From an uncultured delta proteobacterium (lineage in GTDB: Bacteria > Myxococcota_A > Polyangia > Fen-1088), in contig CAVYGB010000001.1 in the NCBI GenBank assembly GCA_963767925.1, positions 224,001 to 288,000 of the forward strand: DNA of 64,000 bases. The letters are read 5' to 3'. Below the pieces are notes generated by a model that was not told where the DNA came from, searched no databases, and saw nothing but the letters and a program-made list of their open reading frames with translations. Position numbers and translations under genes: made by a program. How positions within the stretch are numbered: the stretch's first letter is position 1; every line of letters starts with the position of its first letter. Below are positions 50,091 through 59,857 of the stretch, piece by piece.

Positions 50091-51224
50091 ATGTGGATGG
50101 AGACCGTCCTGCGCACGACGCGTGGCAAGCCTGCGTGGCTGACGCTGCTGGTGCCGTTGCTGGCAGGGATGTTCGCCGGCGGGTGCCGGAAGGATCTCTC
50201 GGGGCTGCTGGACCCGGCCGTGGAGCCGGGCGCTCCCGATCCGGGCGTCGGCGGCGGCGGCCGCGGCGTGGTCGGATCGTCCGTCGACCCGCCCGCTCCG
50301 CCATCCCCTCCGCCATCCGCTGCCGGATCGGCGTCCACGTCGGTCGATGGGGGGGCGGCGCCTGACGCGCGCGGGGCGGGAATGACCGCCGGCCCGATCC
50401 CCGACGGCGCGCCCATCTCCGACGGCGCGCCCATCTCCGACGGCGCACCCAGCCGCGGCGCCGACGCAGCCCTGGCTTCGCCCGACGGCGGCGCCGGCGC
50501 TCCGCCGGACGCGGCCGCTGCGCCGGCTCGGCGACCCGTGGCGGCAGGTTCGCTGGCCATGGGGGCGCTGCTGTACCTGCAATTCGATGAAGGACCGAGC
50601 ACCCTGTTTGCCCGGGACCGCTCGCCGCTCGGCCAGGTGGTCCGCCTCCAGGGCTTCGACTCCGGGGCGCTCTGGACGGAAGGTCGCTTCGGCGGCGCGG
50701 TCGAGCTCGCCGGTGGCAGGGCGGGAGGATGGCTCGAGGTGGCCAGCGCGCTGAGCCTCAACGGCATCGACGAGGGGTTCACCGTCTCGGCCTGGGTGAG
50801 CTGCCCGCCGCGCGGCTGCGACGGCGTCATCGTCTCCCGGCGGGCCGGCGGTGCGCAGGGTTTCCACTATGCCCTCCAGATCAGCGGCGAACGCCTGCGG
50901 GTGCTCATCAACTCGACGAACGGGTATCGCGCCGATCTCACGGCGCCGCAGGCGCTGCCCCGCGGCCGCTGGGTGCACGTCGCGACGACCTACGACCTGC
51001 AGGACGCCCGGCTGTTCGTCGACGGGACGCTGGCGGCGGTGACCGTGTACCAGCACACGCTGGGCCCCGACATCACCCCCGTCGTGGTCGGCGGCGCCCA
51101 GACCGCCACCGGCATCGAGCAGCGCCTGTCCGCGCGCCTGGACGAGGTGCTGCTCTACGACCGCCCGCTCGCGGCGGGTGAGATCGCCAGCCTGGCCCGG
51201 GGAGCCGAGCCGGGGTTTCGCTAG
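50091..51224 (+). CDS. LamG/concanavalin-A-like domain lipoprotein
   Basis: FAGGC lipobox; Pro/Ala/Asp linker; FTVSAWV, WVHVATTYD…LFVDG, LDEVLLYDRPL. Confidence 0.85.
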   Translation: MWMETVLRTTRGKPAWLTLLVPLLAGMFAGGCRKDLSGLLDPAVEPGAPDPGVGGGGRGVVGSSVDPPAPPSPPPSAAGSASTSVDGGAAPDARGAGMTAGPIPDGAPISDGAPISDGAPSRGADAALASPDGGAGAPPDAAAAPARRPVAAGSLAMGALLYLQFDEGPSTLFARDRSPLGQVVRLQGFDSGALWTEGRFGGAVELAGGRAGGWLEVASALSLNGIDEGFTVSAWVSCPPRGCDGVIVSRRAGGAQGFHYALQISGERLRVLINSTNGYRADLTAPQALPRGRWVHVATTYDLQDARLFVDGTLAAVTVYQHTLGPDITPVVVGGAQTATGIEQRLSARLDEVLLYDRPLAAGEIASLARGAEPGFR

Positions 51225-51333
51225 CGGCCCCCACCGGTCGAACCGCGACCGCCGGCTTCCGGGGCGTCCCCACGGCGATGGACGCCGATGGACGCCGATG
51301 ATCGGGGGGCCGATTCGTGGTTGGATCGGGGGG

Positions 51334-52422
51334 ATGTTTCGCGCCGCCGCTGTCGCCATCTCCCTCGTCTCGCTGACCACCACCTCGGACGCCGGGGCGC
51401 AGGCGCCCGGGCGCGTGCTGATTCGCGGGACCTACGCGTCGCCGAAGCCGCTCTGGGAGACGGGGGCGCGGCTGGACCAGCAGGGGATCAACGCCATCTT
51501 CGTGCACGCGCAGAGCCTGGACGCGGCGATGATCAAGCGGGCGCGGGCGGAGGGGGCGAAGGTGTTTGCGGAGTTCGGGACCTTGAACGGCAGCTACGGG
51601 CTCGCCGAGCATCCGGATGCCCATCCCATCGACGAGACGGGCAAACCTGCGCCCAAGGCGACCTGGTTCATGGGGGTCTGTCCCACCCACCGGGGGTTCC
51701 GGCAGAGCCGCATGAAGGCGCTGCGCGCGTTGCTGGAGGCGCACGACCTGGACGGGGTCTGGATGGACTACCTGCACTGGCACGCGCAGTTCGAGGACCC
51801 CTACCCGGTGTTCATCAAGACCTGCTTTTGCGACCGGTGCCTGGCGGCGTTCCAGGCGGCGGCGGGAGTGACGGTGCCGGGGGCGACCGTGCCGAAGAAG
51901 GCGGAGTGGATCCTGCGCCACGCGCCCGCGAAGTGGGAGGACTGGCGGGTCTCGGTGCTGGTCGACTGGGCGCGGGAGATTCGCGGGATCGTCAAGGCCA
52001 TCCGGCCGAAGGCGCTGGTAGGCAACTACCACGCCGCCTGGAAGGACGACGACTTCTGGGGCGCGCGGCGGCGCTGCCTGGGGCTCGACTTCCAGGCCCT
52101 CGCGCCCCACGTCGACGTGTTCTCGCCGATGCCGTACCACGAGCGCAGCGGCATGCCGGTCGCCTACGTCGCCGACTTCGTTCGCTGGTTCAGCGAGCGG
52201 CTGCCCTTCGCCACCGAGCCGGGGAAATATCCGCAGCTCTGGCCGATCGTGCAGGCCTCCGACGCCACCGCCGCCGACTTCGAGCAGGCCCTGCGCGGCG
52301 CCCTGGTGGGCAAGTCCACCGGGGTCATGATGTTCACCCTCGGCAGCGTTGTCGCCGATCCGGCCAAGCTGGCGGCGATGAAGCGGGTGTACCTGCCCCC
52401 GGCCCGCGCCGCCACGCCTTAG
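51334..52422 (+). CDS. Secreted glycoside-hydrolase-like TIM-barrel protein (GHL10-like)
   Basis: Signal peptide; VCPTH, LDGVWMDYLHW, CFCDRC, VDVFSPMPYH. Confidence 0.7.
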   Translation: MFRAAAVAISLVSLTTTSDAGAQAPGRVLIRGTYASPKPLWETGARLDQQGINAIFVHAQSLDAAMIKRARAEGAKVFAEFGTLNGSYGLAEHPDAHPIDETGKPAPKATWFMGVCPTHRGFRQSRMKALRALLEAHDLDGVWMDYLHWHAQFEDPYPVFIKTCFCDRCLAAFQAAAGVTVPGATVPKKAEWILRHAPAKWEDWRVSVLVDWAREIRGIVKAIRPKALVGNYHAAWKDDDFWGARRRCLGLDFQALAPHVDVFSPMPYHERSGMPVAYVADFVRWFSERLPFATEPGKYPQLWPIVQASDATAADFEQALRGALVGKSTGVMMFTLGSVVADPAKLAAMKRVYLPPARAATP

Positions 52423-53030
52423 AGCCAGCCGCTGAAACCTGTGGAGAATTTGCGCCGATGGGCGAAACGAGGTATCGGGGCCGGGACGCGTGCTCGTGGG
52501 CGTGTTCGAGCGCGTGTTCGTGTTCGAGTTCGTGTGGGGCGAGCGTTGAGCGGCCAGGCGGCTCTCGGTGCGCGTAAATCACGCGAGCCGAGGCCCGCGG
52601 GCCGAACACGCTCACCACACACGGACACGAAACCGTCACCATCACAGGGGCGAACGTGCACGACAAGTGGATGGTGGGCCAGACCCTGGATGCCATGGTC
52701 CTGCGGGGTCCGCGTGGTCCACGTCGCCCCAAGAACTTGTGCCTCGACAAAGGCTACGACTACGCCGACTGTGAGCAGGAGGTTCGCCGCCGTCGAATCG
52801 TTCCTCACATCCGCCGGCGAGGCGAACCACCACTGGTCGGCTGTGTTCACGGTAGGCCGCGACGCTGGGTGGTCGAGCGCACCAACAGCTGGCACAACCG
52901 ATATCGAGGTCTTCTCATCCGCTGGGAACGCAAAGCCGAGAATTACTTAGCCTTCGTTCGGCTCGCCTGTGCGCTGATTGCCTTCAACGCTGCCTCTCGT
53001 GCGTAATTCACAGGTTTCAGCGGCTCACTC
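52422..53030 (+). mobile_element. Internally deleted IS5-family (IS1031-like) element, 609 bp
   Basis: 22-bp terminal IRs GAGCCAGCCGCTGAAACCTGTG / revcomp GAGTGAGCCGCTGAAACCTGTG; TTA duplicated at 52419-52421 and 53031-53033. Confidence 0.9.
52632..53006 (+). pseudogene. IS5-family transposase, C-terminal half only
   Basis: ITGANVHD…LCLDKGYD…RWVVERTNSWHNRYRGLLIRWER. Confidence 0.88.
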
Positions 53031-53085
53031 TTAGCCGCCGCTTCCCTCGCGCCGCGCCCGGTGCCTTCGCCGGCCGTGCGCGCGC

Positions 53086-54966
53086 TCAGCAGACGCCGCT
53101 GCTGCAGGCTACCTGGGCGGAGAGGGCGAGCATCAGCCAGGCGCCGTGCGGGATCCACTGCTCGGACCAGCGCCAGCGCTCGCCGGGGTCCTTGTCCTGG
53201 GGGGAGGGGAGGAAGGTGATGTCGCGCTCGTCGTCCCAGCCGCCGGTGATGCCGTTGGCCACGCCGCCGGGGGAGTTGGGGCGCCCGGCCTGGTACTCGG
53301 GGTTGTTGCGGCCCTTGCCGTGCATCATCGAGGTGTCGAAGGGGTTGAGGCCGAGGATCCAGTCGATCTGGTCGCGGGCGTAGGTCGCCAGCGGCGCCTG
53401 CAGGGCCGGCAGGCTGACCGAGGCCAGCAGGGCGGCCGAGGCCAGCGAGCCCTGGCGGGCGCTCTCGCCTTGCCACCAGTAGCCCGACTCGTTCTTGTGG
53501 GGGAAGAAGAAGGCGCTGCGCTTGCCGCCGCCCAGGTCCTTGACGTACTGGCGGGCGTAGCCGAACGGGTTGAACACCTCGGCGGTGACGGCCAGCTCGA
53601 ACTTCAGCGACCGCTCCACCACCGCCAGCGCCGCCTTCTGCAGGGCAGGGTCGGTCTCGACGGCGCGGTAGCGGAGCAGCGCCACCACCGGCAGGCCGGC
53701 CTCGACAGCGTGGAAGAAGGGGCGCTCGCCCTTGGCGTCGGCCCGCCAGAAGTCCTTCCAGGCGCCCTCGCCGTGCAGGCGCGCGGCCAGGGCGGTCTGC
53801 CGCTGGCGGGCGGCCTGCAGGTAGGCGGGCTTCTTCGTCGCCGCGTAGAGCTCGGTCGCGGCGAGCAGGGCGGTGTAGTCGTCGATGATGTTCTCCTGGC
53901 CGTCGTCCAGGTACTTGCGGCCGTGCGCCGCCAGGTGGGCCCAGCCCTTCTCGGCGACCGCGAGGTAGCGGGCGGCGGCGTGTTCACCCGGGCGATCCAC
54001 CTTGCTCAGCCGGGCCAGGGCGGCGATGGCCAGGCCCCCGCCCTCGCGCATGCCGGCCTGGTAGTCCGCTGTCTTCTTGCCGGCCTTGGTCTCGTAGGCG
54101 CAGATCTCGCGGCGCTTCGGGTCGTACGACCAGTTGTCGAAGATGGTGAGGTAGAAAAAGCCCGCCGGGTCCTGCATGCGCACCAGGAAGTCCCCGCCGT
54201 GCAGGGCCTCGTCCAGCATGCGCGGGCGCACGCCGTTGCTGCGCTCGTCCTTGACCCTCGAGAGCAGCTCCGCCGCCTCGAGGAAGCTCCAGACCACGAA
54301 CGGCGTCTGCTGCGGGTTCATGTAGTTGGCGTAGCTCAGGTGGCTGAGGTACTTGCTGACGTCGCCCGAGGCGTCGTACCAGCCCCCGTGCACGTCGACC
54401 TTCCGGGCCGGCTTGCCGACCAGCGGCACCGCCCGGTCCGTGCGGTCGTAGATGCCCGAGGCCCGCTGGGTCTTGAAGTAGAACGTGAGGTCCGACAGCG
54501 CCGCCTCCGGCAGCAGCCGCGGCCCGATGGCGAACGGCTCGGAGCGGACGTCGCCGCCGCCCTCGACCCCCGTCAGCCGGACGCGGTACACGCCCGGCGT
54601 GTCGAAGGCGCTGAAGTCCCCGCGCGCGAAGCGCCAGCTCTTCCAGCGGTCGACGATGGCCAGCTTGGCCGGGGCGCCTCCCGCGCCCAGCTTGCCCTCG
54701 AACACCGCGCGCCCCTGCCCGTCGAGGAGCTGGAAGCCGGCGACGGTGACCTCCCGGTCCCCCTGCACGACGAACTTCTTGCTGCTGCCCACGTCGTACC
54801 CCACCTGGTTGGTGAGCACGCGCAGCACCACGCCCTTGCCCTGGGCGGCCGCCACCGCCGGCGCCCCCAGCATGGCCAGGACGGCCAGCACGCCGAGCCA
54901 GCGCCGCCGGCCATCACGGGATCGAACCTCGAAGGGCACTCCAGCAGGGGGGATGAGCGTCGACAT
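53086..54966 (-). CDS. Glycoside hydrolase family 9 with N-terminal Ig-like domain
   Basis: VLTNQVGY; HGGWYDASGDVSKYLSHLSYANYMNPQQ; WILGLNPFD; NGITGG; WRWSEQWIPH. Confidence 0.9.
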   Translation of the reverse strand: MSTLIPPAGVPFEVRSRDGRRRWLGVLAVLAMLGAPAVAAAQGKGVVLRVLTNQVGYDVGSSKKFVVQGDREVTVAGFQLLDGQGRAVFEGKLGAGGAPAKLAIVDRWKSWRFARGDFSAFDTPGVYRVRLTGVEGGGDVRSEPFAIGPRLLPEAALSDLTFYFKTQRASGIYDRTDRAVPLVGKPARKVDVHGGWYDASGDVSKYLSHLSYANYMNPQQTPFVVWSFLEAAELLSRVKDERSNGVRPRMLDEALHGGDFLVRMQDPAGFFYLTIFDNWSYDPKRREICAYETKAGKKTADYQAGMREGGGLAIAALARLSKVDRPGEHAAARYLAVAEKGWAHLAAHGRKYLDDGQENIIDDYTALLAATELYAATKKPAYLQAARQRQTALAARLHGEGAWKDFWRADAKGERPFFHAVEAGLPVVALLRYRAVETDPALQKAALAVVERSLKFELAVTAEVFNPFGYARQYVKDLGGGKRSAFFFPHKNESGYWWQGESARQGSLASAALLASVSLPALQAPLATYARDQIDWILGLNPFDTSMMHGKGRNNPEYQAGRPNSPGGVANGITGGWDDERDITFLPSPQDKDPGERWRWSEQWIPHGAWLMLALSAQVACSSGVC

Positions 54967-55177
54967 GAGGCGGCCATCTTCCCGGCCCGGCGACACCCTG
55001 GCAATCCAATCCAGGTCGAAAGGATAGACCTTCACGCTTTAGGGCCCGAAGGCCGATCTCCGGCGGTCCGCCGCCCCGTACCGGTGCGTGGCCGGGGCCA
55101 TGGCGCAGGCCGCCATCGGACCACACGGTCGAACCCCCGGCGTGGCCCGCGCGTGGCGCCGCGGGATCAGGGCGGAA

Positions 55178-55395
55178 TCAGCGAGCGGAACTGCGGCTCG
55201 GCTTGCCGGGCTTCGGCTTGCCGGGCTTCGGCTTGCCGGGCTTCGGCTTGCCGGCAGTGGCCTTCGCGACCTTCACCTTCGCGACCTTCGCCTTCGCGAG
55301 CGCCTCCTTGGCGCGAAACTTCGCGATGTCGGCGATCAGCTTCGTGGGCACCGGCTGATCGAGCGGGAAGCGGATCGCGCTCTTCGAGACCGCCT
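55178..55395 (-). pseudogene. 3' remnant of a DUF1801 (YdhG-like) gene with KPKPG tandem tail
   Basis: SKSAIRFPLDQPVPTKLIADIAKFRAKE…GKPKPGKPKPGKPKPGKP*; 15-bp tandem repeats. Confidence 0.6.
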
Positions 55396-55485
55396 CGTCG
55401 CCGGTGGCCGGGAGCGCCTCGTCTCCGGGCCGGGTCCTGCGGTAGGGTCACCCAACATTCGGTTTCGGCCGGCGTGATCCTGAAC

Positions 55486-58400
55486 ATGGAGACTTCGCTC
55501 GAGACCACCCGCGTCGAGGACCTGCTCGCCCACGCCGAATGGCTGCGGCGGCTGGCGGGCCGGCTGGTAGGCCCCAACGACCTGGAAGACCTGCTGCAGG
55601 AGACCTGGAAGGCCGCGCTCCGCTCGCCGCCCCGGGGAGAGCCGGAGGATGCCCGGCCCTGGCTGGCCAGGGTGTTGCGCAACCTGACTCACAACCGCTG
55701 GCGATCGCAGACCCGGGCGCAGCGGACCGTCGACGCCCTGCCAGAGAGCCCGCAGGTCCCCTCGACCGACGAGCTGCTCGACAACGCCCGCACCGAGCGC
55801 CGGCTGGCCGACCTGGTGCTCACCCTGGACGAGCCGTATCGATCCACCATCCTGCTCCGCTATTACGAGGGCAAGTCCGCCGCCCAGATCGCCGCGGCCC
55901 TGGGCATCCCCGCGGGGACCGTGCGCTGGCGCCTGTCCGAGGCGATCGGGCGGCTGCGCGGCAAGCTGGACGACGAACATGGCGGCGACCGGGCGCGCTG
56001 GCGGGCGCTGCTGCTGCCGATCGCTCACCTGCCGATGACGCTGGCCCCGGGGGCGGCGCTGCTGGCGAGCAAGAAGCTGATCGGGGTGATGGCGCTGGGG
56101 CTGACCCTGCTCGTCGCCGGCGCGGCCTCGTGGCTGCGGCCGACGCCGCCGGCGGGCGCGCCGCTGGGAACGGCGGTGGAGCTCGCGGTGGCGGACCGCA
56201 GCCCGCTGGTGGGGTTCCTGGCGTCGGCGGCGAGCCTGGCCTCCGCGGGAGCGGCCGAGGTGGAAGGTGTGGTCCTGGATCCCGAGGGCCGTCCGGCGGG
56301 TGGAGCGCGGGTCGCGCTCTCCACCGTCGGCCACGCCGACATCGCCGCCCGCGGCGCGCCCGTGAGGGCGTCGGGTGACGGCCGCTTTCGCTTCGGCGAT
56401 GTGACGTCCGGCCGCTACGTGGCGACCGCCACCGATGACCGCTGGGCGGGGGCCTTTTCGGCGCCTTTCGTGCTGGCGCCCGGTGGCCGCCACCGGATCA
56501 CATTGCGTTTGCAGGCGGGGGGCCAGCCGATCGAGGGCCAGATCCTCGACGAGGGTGGGGGGGCCATCCCCGGGGCGCGGGTGCGGGCGGAGCTGGGATA
56601 TCCCTGGTCCGGGCCGGGCGCGGCCCGGGGCTTCGAGGCGGTCGCCGACGCGCAGGGGCGCTACCGGCTGCTGCTCGAGCCGCGCGAATACACCCTCCGG
56701 GCGCGCGCGGACGGCTACGCCGAGGCCAGCATCACCGCTGCCGTCGATCAGCCCCTGCGGCGGGACGTCCAGCTGCAGCCTGCCGCCGGGGTGGCCGGGC
56801 AGGTGATCGACGGGAGGACCCGACAGCCCGTGGCCGACGCCCGCGTCCAGCTGACCACCTCTCCCCTCGGATCGGGCAGCTCCCTGGCCGGTCGCACCGA
56901 TCGCGAGGGCCGGTTCCAGTTCGGCGGGGTGCTGGCTGGCACCTATCAGGTCCACGCCGCCAGCGGCAGAAACGCCGGCGTGGGCCCGCCGCTCTCGGTG
57001 GCGGCGCTCCAGGACGTCGAGGGGATCGTCGTCGAGCTGGCCGAGGGGCTAGACCTGGCTGGCCGGATCACCGATGGCCAGGGCGCCGGCATCGGCGGGG
57101 TCGACGTCGCGGTGCAGTCCGGGGATCTCCTGCTCGCCGGGACGCGCACCTCCACCCGGACCACGACGGACGGCGCTTACCGCCTGGCCGGGCTGCTGCC
57201 GGGATCCTACCGGCTGTCCGTCGACGGCGGCGACGTCGGATACGCCGGTCAGGAGCGCGTCGTCCAGCTCGCCTCCGGCCCGGCCGCCCGGCAGGACGTG
57301 TCGCTGGCCCCCGCCCCCCGCCTGACCGGCCGGGTGCTCGGGGTGGACGGCCGCGCCGCGCGCGGCGTCCTGGTGCGGCTGCAGCCCCAGGATGGCTCCG
57401 GGCAGGGGCCGGGGGTGGAGCCGACCGTGACCGACGAGGAGGGGCGGTTCGCGCTGGTGCTGACCGACAGCGGGCCCATGCTGCTCACATGCTGGGATCG
57501 CGGCCAGGGGATCGCCCGCGTGCCGGTGGAGCTCGCCCCCGCTGCGCGCGACCGCCACTTCGAGGTGCGGCTGGTCCAGGGGGCGAGCATCGGCGGGCGG
57601 GTCCGCTACGAGGACGGCGCGCCCGCCGCCGGCATCGGCGTCGCCGTGACCCTGCAGGAGGGCACCACCAGCTACGACAGCGCCAGCACGGCGCCCGACG
57701 GGAGCTTCGAGGTGAGGAACCTGGCCCCCGGACGCTACACCGTCCTCGCCCGGCGCAAGGCCGGTCCCTGGAACCTGTGGACCTCCCGGGAGGAGCCCAA
57801 TCTCGAGCTGGTGGAGGTCGGAGCGAGCGAGCGCAAGGGCGGCGTCACCCTCGTCTTGCCCCGGGGCGGTCATCAGATCGCCGGCGTGGTGCTGCTGGCC
57901 GACGGTAGCCCGGCGGCCGGCAGCCGCTTGATCGCCCGGGTCGACGACGGTGAGACGTGGAAGCCGTCGGGCCCCACCCTGGAGCACGCCGCCACCGCTG
58001 GTGAGGACGGCCGCTTCGTCCTGCCGGACCTGGAGAAGGCGAAATTCATCGTATGGGCCACGTATCCCGGGCTTCCGGAGGCCCTGCAGCAAGGGATCGC
58101 TGCCGACCGGGAGGACGTCGTGATGGAGTTCGCCGCGGCGGCCAGGATCGCCGGTTCGGTGCGCGACAGCGCTGGCAATCCGGTGACCGACTTCACCGTC
58201 GTCCTGGTCCCCGCCCCGGGCGACAACCTGACCCGGGAGCAGCAGCTGGCCCGCCGGATGGGGCTGCGCGAGGCGCAGCGGGTGCGGGCGGCCGACGGGC
58301 GCTTCTCGATCGACGCGCTCGAGCCCGGGACCTACGAGGTGCGCATCGCCAGCCCGCAGGGCAGCAACGCCAGCCGCGTGGTCGCGGTGAAGGCCGGCGC

Positions 58401-58986
58401 GCGCACGCACGACGTCGACGTCGTGCTCCAGTCCGGAGTCACCGTGACGGGGAAGGTGGCCGACTGGAAGAGCGGGACGCCCCTCGCCAGCGCCGAGGTG
58501 CAGGCGGAGCTCGCCGGACAGCGGATCGACACGCAGACCGACGCCAGCGGCCAGTTCACGCTGCCCGGCGTCCCGGCCGGCGAGATCTTCGAGCTGGAGG
58601 TGCGCGCCCGCGACGAAGCCTTCGTGCCCGAGCAGCAGGAGATCGCGGTCCCGGCCGGCGCGCGCACGCTGCACGTCGGGACCGTCCGCCTGCTGGCGGC
58701 TCCCGACTGGCGGCAGCGCTGGGAGAGCAGCGGGCGCGTCGGGATCGGAGGGGCCTTCCGCGACGGCAGGATCGTCCTGCGCGGAGTACCTCCCGAGAGC
58801 GCCGCCGCCCGCGCCGGCCTGACCGCCGGGGACGTGGTGCTGGCGGTCGACGGCCGCTCGATCGAGGGAATGGGTCTGGGCGCAGCGACCTACACCTTCT
58901 CCCGACCCCCCGGCGCCAAGCTCTCCTTGTCCGTCCTCACCGCTCGCGGTGAGAAGAAGACCGTCGAGCTGGTCGCCGAGAAGTGA
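55486..58986 (+). CDS. ECF sigma factor fused to a TM helix, carboxypeptidase-regulatory-like repeats and a C-terminal PDZ domain
   Basis: Sigma2 (EDLLQETW…WLARVLRN) and sigma4 (LLRYYEG…IAAALGIPAGTVRWRL); TM LIGVMALGLTLLVAGAASWL; repeated G-x-V-x-D-x-x-G-x-P…D-x-x-GRF…PGxY; PDZ (SAAARAGL-x-AGDVVLAVDG). Confidence 0.88.
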   Translation: METSLETTRVEDLLAHAEWLRRLAGRLVGPNDLEDLLQETWKAALRSPPRGEPEDARPWLARVLRNLTHNRWRSQTRAQRTVDALPESPQVPSTDELLDNARTERRLADLVLTLDEPYRSTILLRYYEGKSAAQIAAALGIPAGTVRWRLSEAIGRLRGKLDDEHGGDRARWRALLLPIAHLPMTLAPGAALLASKKLIGVMALGLTLLVAGAASWLRPTPPAGAPLGTAVELAVADRSPLVGFLASAASLASAGAAEVEGVVLDPEGRPAGGARVALSTVGHADIAARGAPVRASGDGRFRFGDVTSGRYVATATDDRWAGAFSAPFVLAPGGRHRITLRLQAGGQPIEGQILDEGGGAIPGARVRAELGYPWSGPGAARGFEAVADAQGRYRLLLEPREYTLRARADGYAEASITAAVDQPLRRDVQLQPAAGVAGQVIDGRTRQPVADARVQLTTSPLGSGSSLAGRTDREGRFQFGGVLAGTYQVHAASGRNAGVGPPLSVAALQDVEGIVVELAEGLDLAGRITDGQGAGIGGVDVAVQSGDLLLAGTRTSTRTTTDGAYRLAGLLPGSYRLSVDGGDVGYAGQERVVQLASGPAARQDVSLAPAPRLTGRVLGVDGRAARGVLVRLQPQDGSGQGPGVEPTVTDEEGRFALVLTDSGPMLLTCWDRGQGIARVPVELAPAARDRHFEVRLVQGASIGGRVRYEDGAPAAGIGVAVTLQEGTTSYDSASTAPDGSFEVRNLAPGRYTVLARRKAGPWNLWTSREEPNLELVEVGASERKGGVTLVLPRGGHQIAGVVLLADGSPAAGSRLIARVDDGETWKPSGPTLEHAATAGEDGRFVLPDLEKAKFIVWATYPGLPEALQQGIAADREDVVMEFAAAARIAGSVRDSAGNPVTDFTVVLVPAPGDNLTREQQLARRMGLREAQRVRAADGRFSIDALEPGTYEVRIASPQGSNASRVVAVKAGARTHDVDVVLQSGVTVTGKVADWKSGTPLASAEVQAELAGQRIDTQTDASGQFTLPGVPAGEIFELEVRARDEAFVPEQQEIAVPAGARTLHVGTVRLLAAPDWRQRWESSGRVGIGGAFRDGRIVLRGVPPESAAARAGLTAGDVVLAVDGRSIEGMGLGAATYTFSRPPGAKLSLSVLTARGEKKTVELVAEK

Positions 58987-59301
58987 AGCGAGTCCCGTCG
59001 TCGAGCAGACCGCAGCTCGTGTCGCTCCGTCAAACCTGCATGGGTGGTCCGTCACCCCTCTGCGGAGCGGGTGAGGGCGTGGCGGGTGAGGAGGTCGGTG
59101 ATGCGACCTGGCGTCTACCAGGAGATTTGCCATCTCCCTCGGACTGTTGCGAGCACTCACGACGCTTGTTCCTGAAACGCCGTCACCCCGCCCCATGTTC
59201 GCAAAAAGATCCCCCCGCCCACCCCCCCTCCCGGCGCCCCACCGCGTCGCCCGCCGCACCGCCCGGCCCGACGCGGAGCCGGCCGGGGTAAAACGGCGGC
59301 C

Positions 59302-59670
59302 ATGCGGCTCTTTCCGTGCCTGTTGATGTTCGCCCTGGGGGCGGTGGGCTGCGCGTCGGCTCCGCTGGCGCCTTTCGTGCGCACGCCCGACGCGCAGGTC
59401 GCCACCTTCCCGCGGGCGGTGATCGAGCCGCAGCCGACCCGGCCCGAGGGGGTGGGGGCGGGGCAGATCGCTACCCAGGTCACCATGCGGGTGGGGGTGG
59501 ATCGGACCGGCGCGGTCCGCGAGGTGACGGTCGTCGAGGGCGCTGGGGAGCCCTACGACCGCGACGCGGTCGACGCCATGAGACGCGCCCGCTTCCAGCC
59601 CGCGCTCGACAGGGCCGGCCAGCCGGTCGACTGCGAGATCCTCTGGCGCCTGGACTACTCCGGCCGCTAG
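59302..59670 (+). CDS. Lipoprotein with TonB C-terminal domain
   Basis: GAVGC lipobox; VDRTGAV…DRDAVDAMRRARFQPA…GQPV. Confidence 0.75.
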   Translation: MRLFPCLLMFALGAVGCASAPLAPFVRTPDAQVATFPRAVIEPQPTRPEGVGAGQIATQVTMRVGVDRTGAVREVTVVEGAGEPYDRDAVDAMRRARFQPALDRAGQPVDCEILWRLDYSGR

Positions 59671-59857
59671 CGCCCCGCCCGGTTGGGCGATGTCTGACGT
59701 GGCCCGTCCACCGGCGCGGCGCCGGGGCGCGGGCTCGTGACGCCGCACGGCTGGGTGGAGGGCGTTGCTACGGAGGGGGCGCTCGCTTACCCTCCTGGCC
59801 ACGTTGCCCGACGGCGGCAGCGCGTGCCCCGCGATCGAAGGAGCCAGAGCCAAGCCC

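Noticed and set aside
52458..52577. Cys/Ser-rich peptide MGETRYRGRDACSWACSSACSCSSSC as a RiPP precursor
   Set aside because: It lies inside the IS element and results from translating hexamer DNA repeats; it is 13 kb from the MNIO gene
53146..55485. N-terminal extension of the 1946-aa ORF
   Set aside because: It is the antisense shadow of the GH9 gene; the sigma domain starts at ATG 55486
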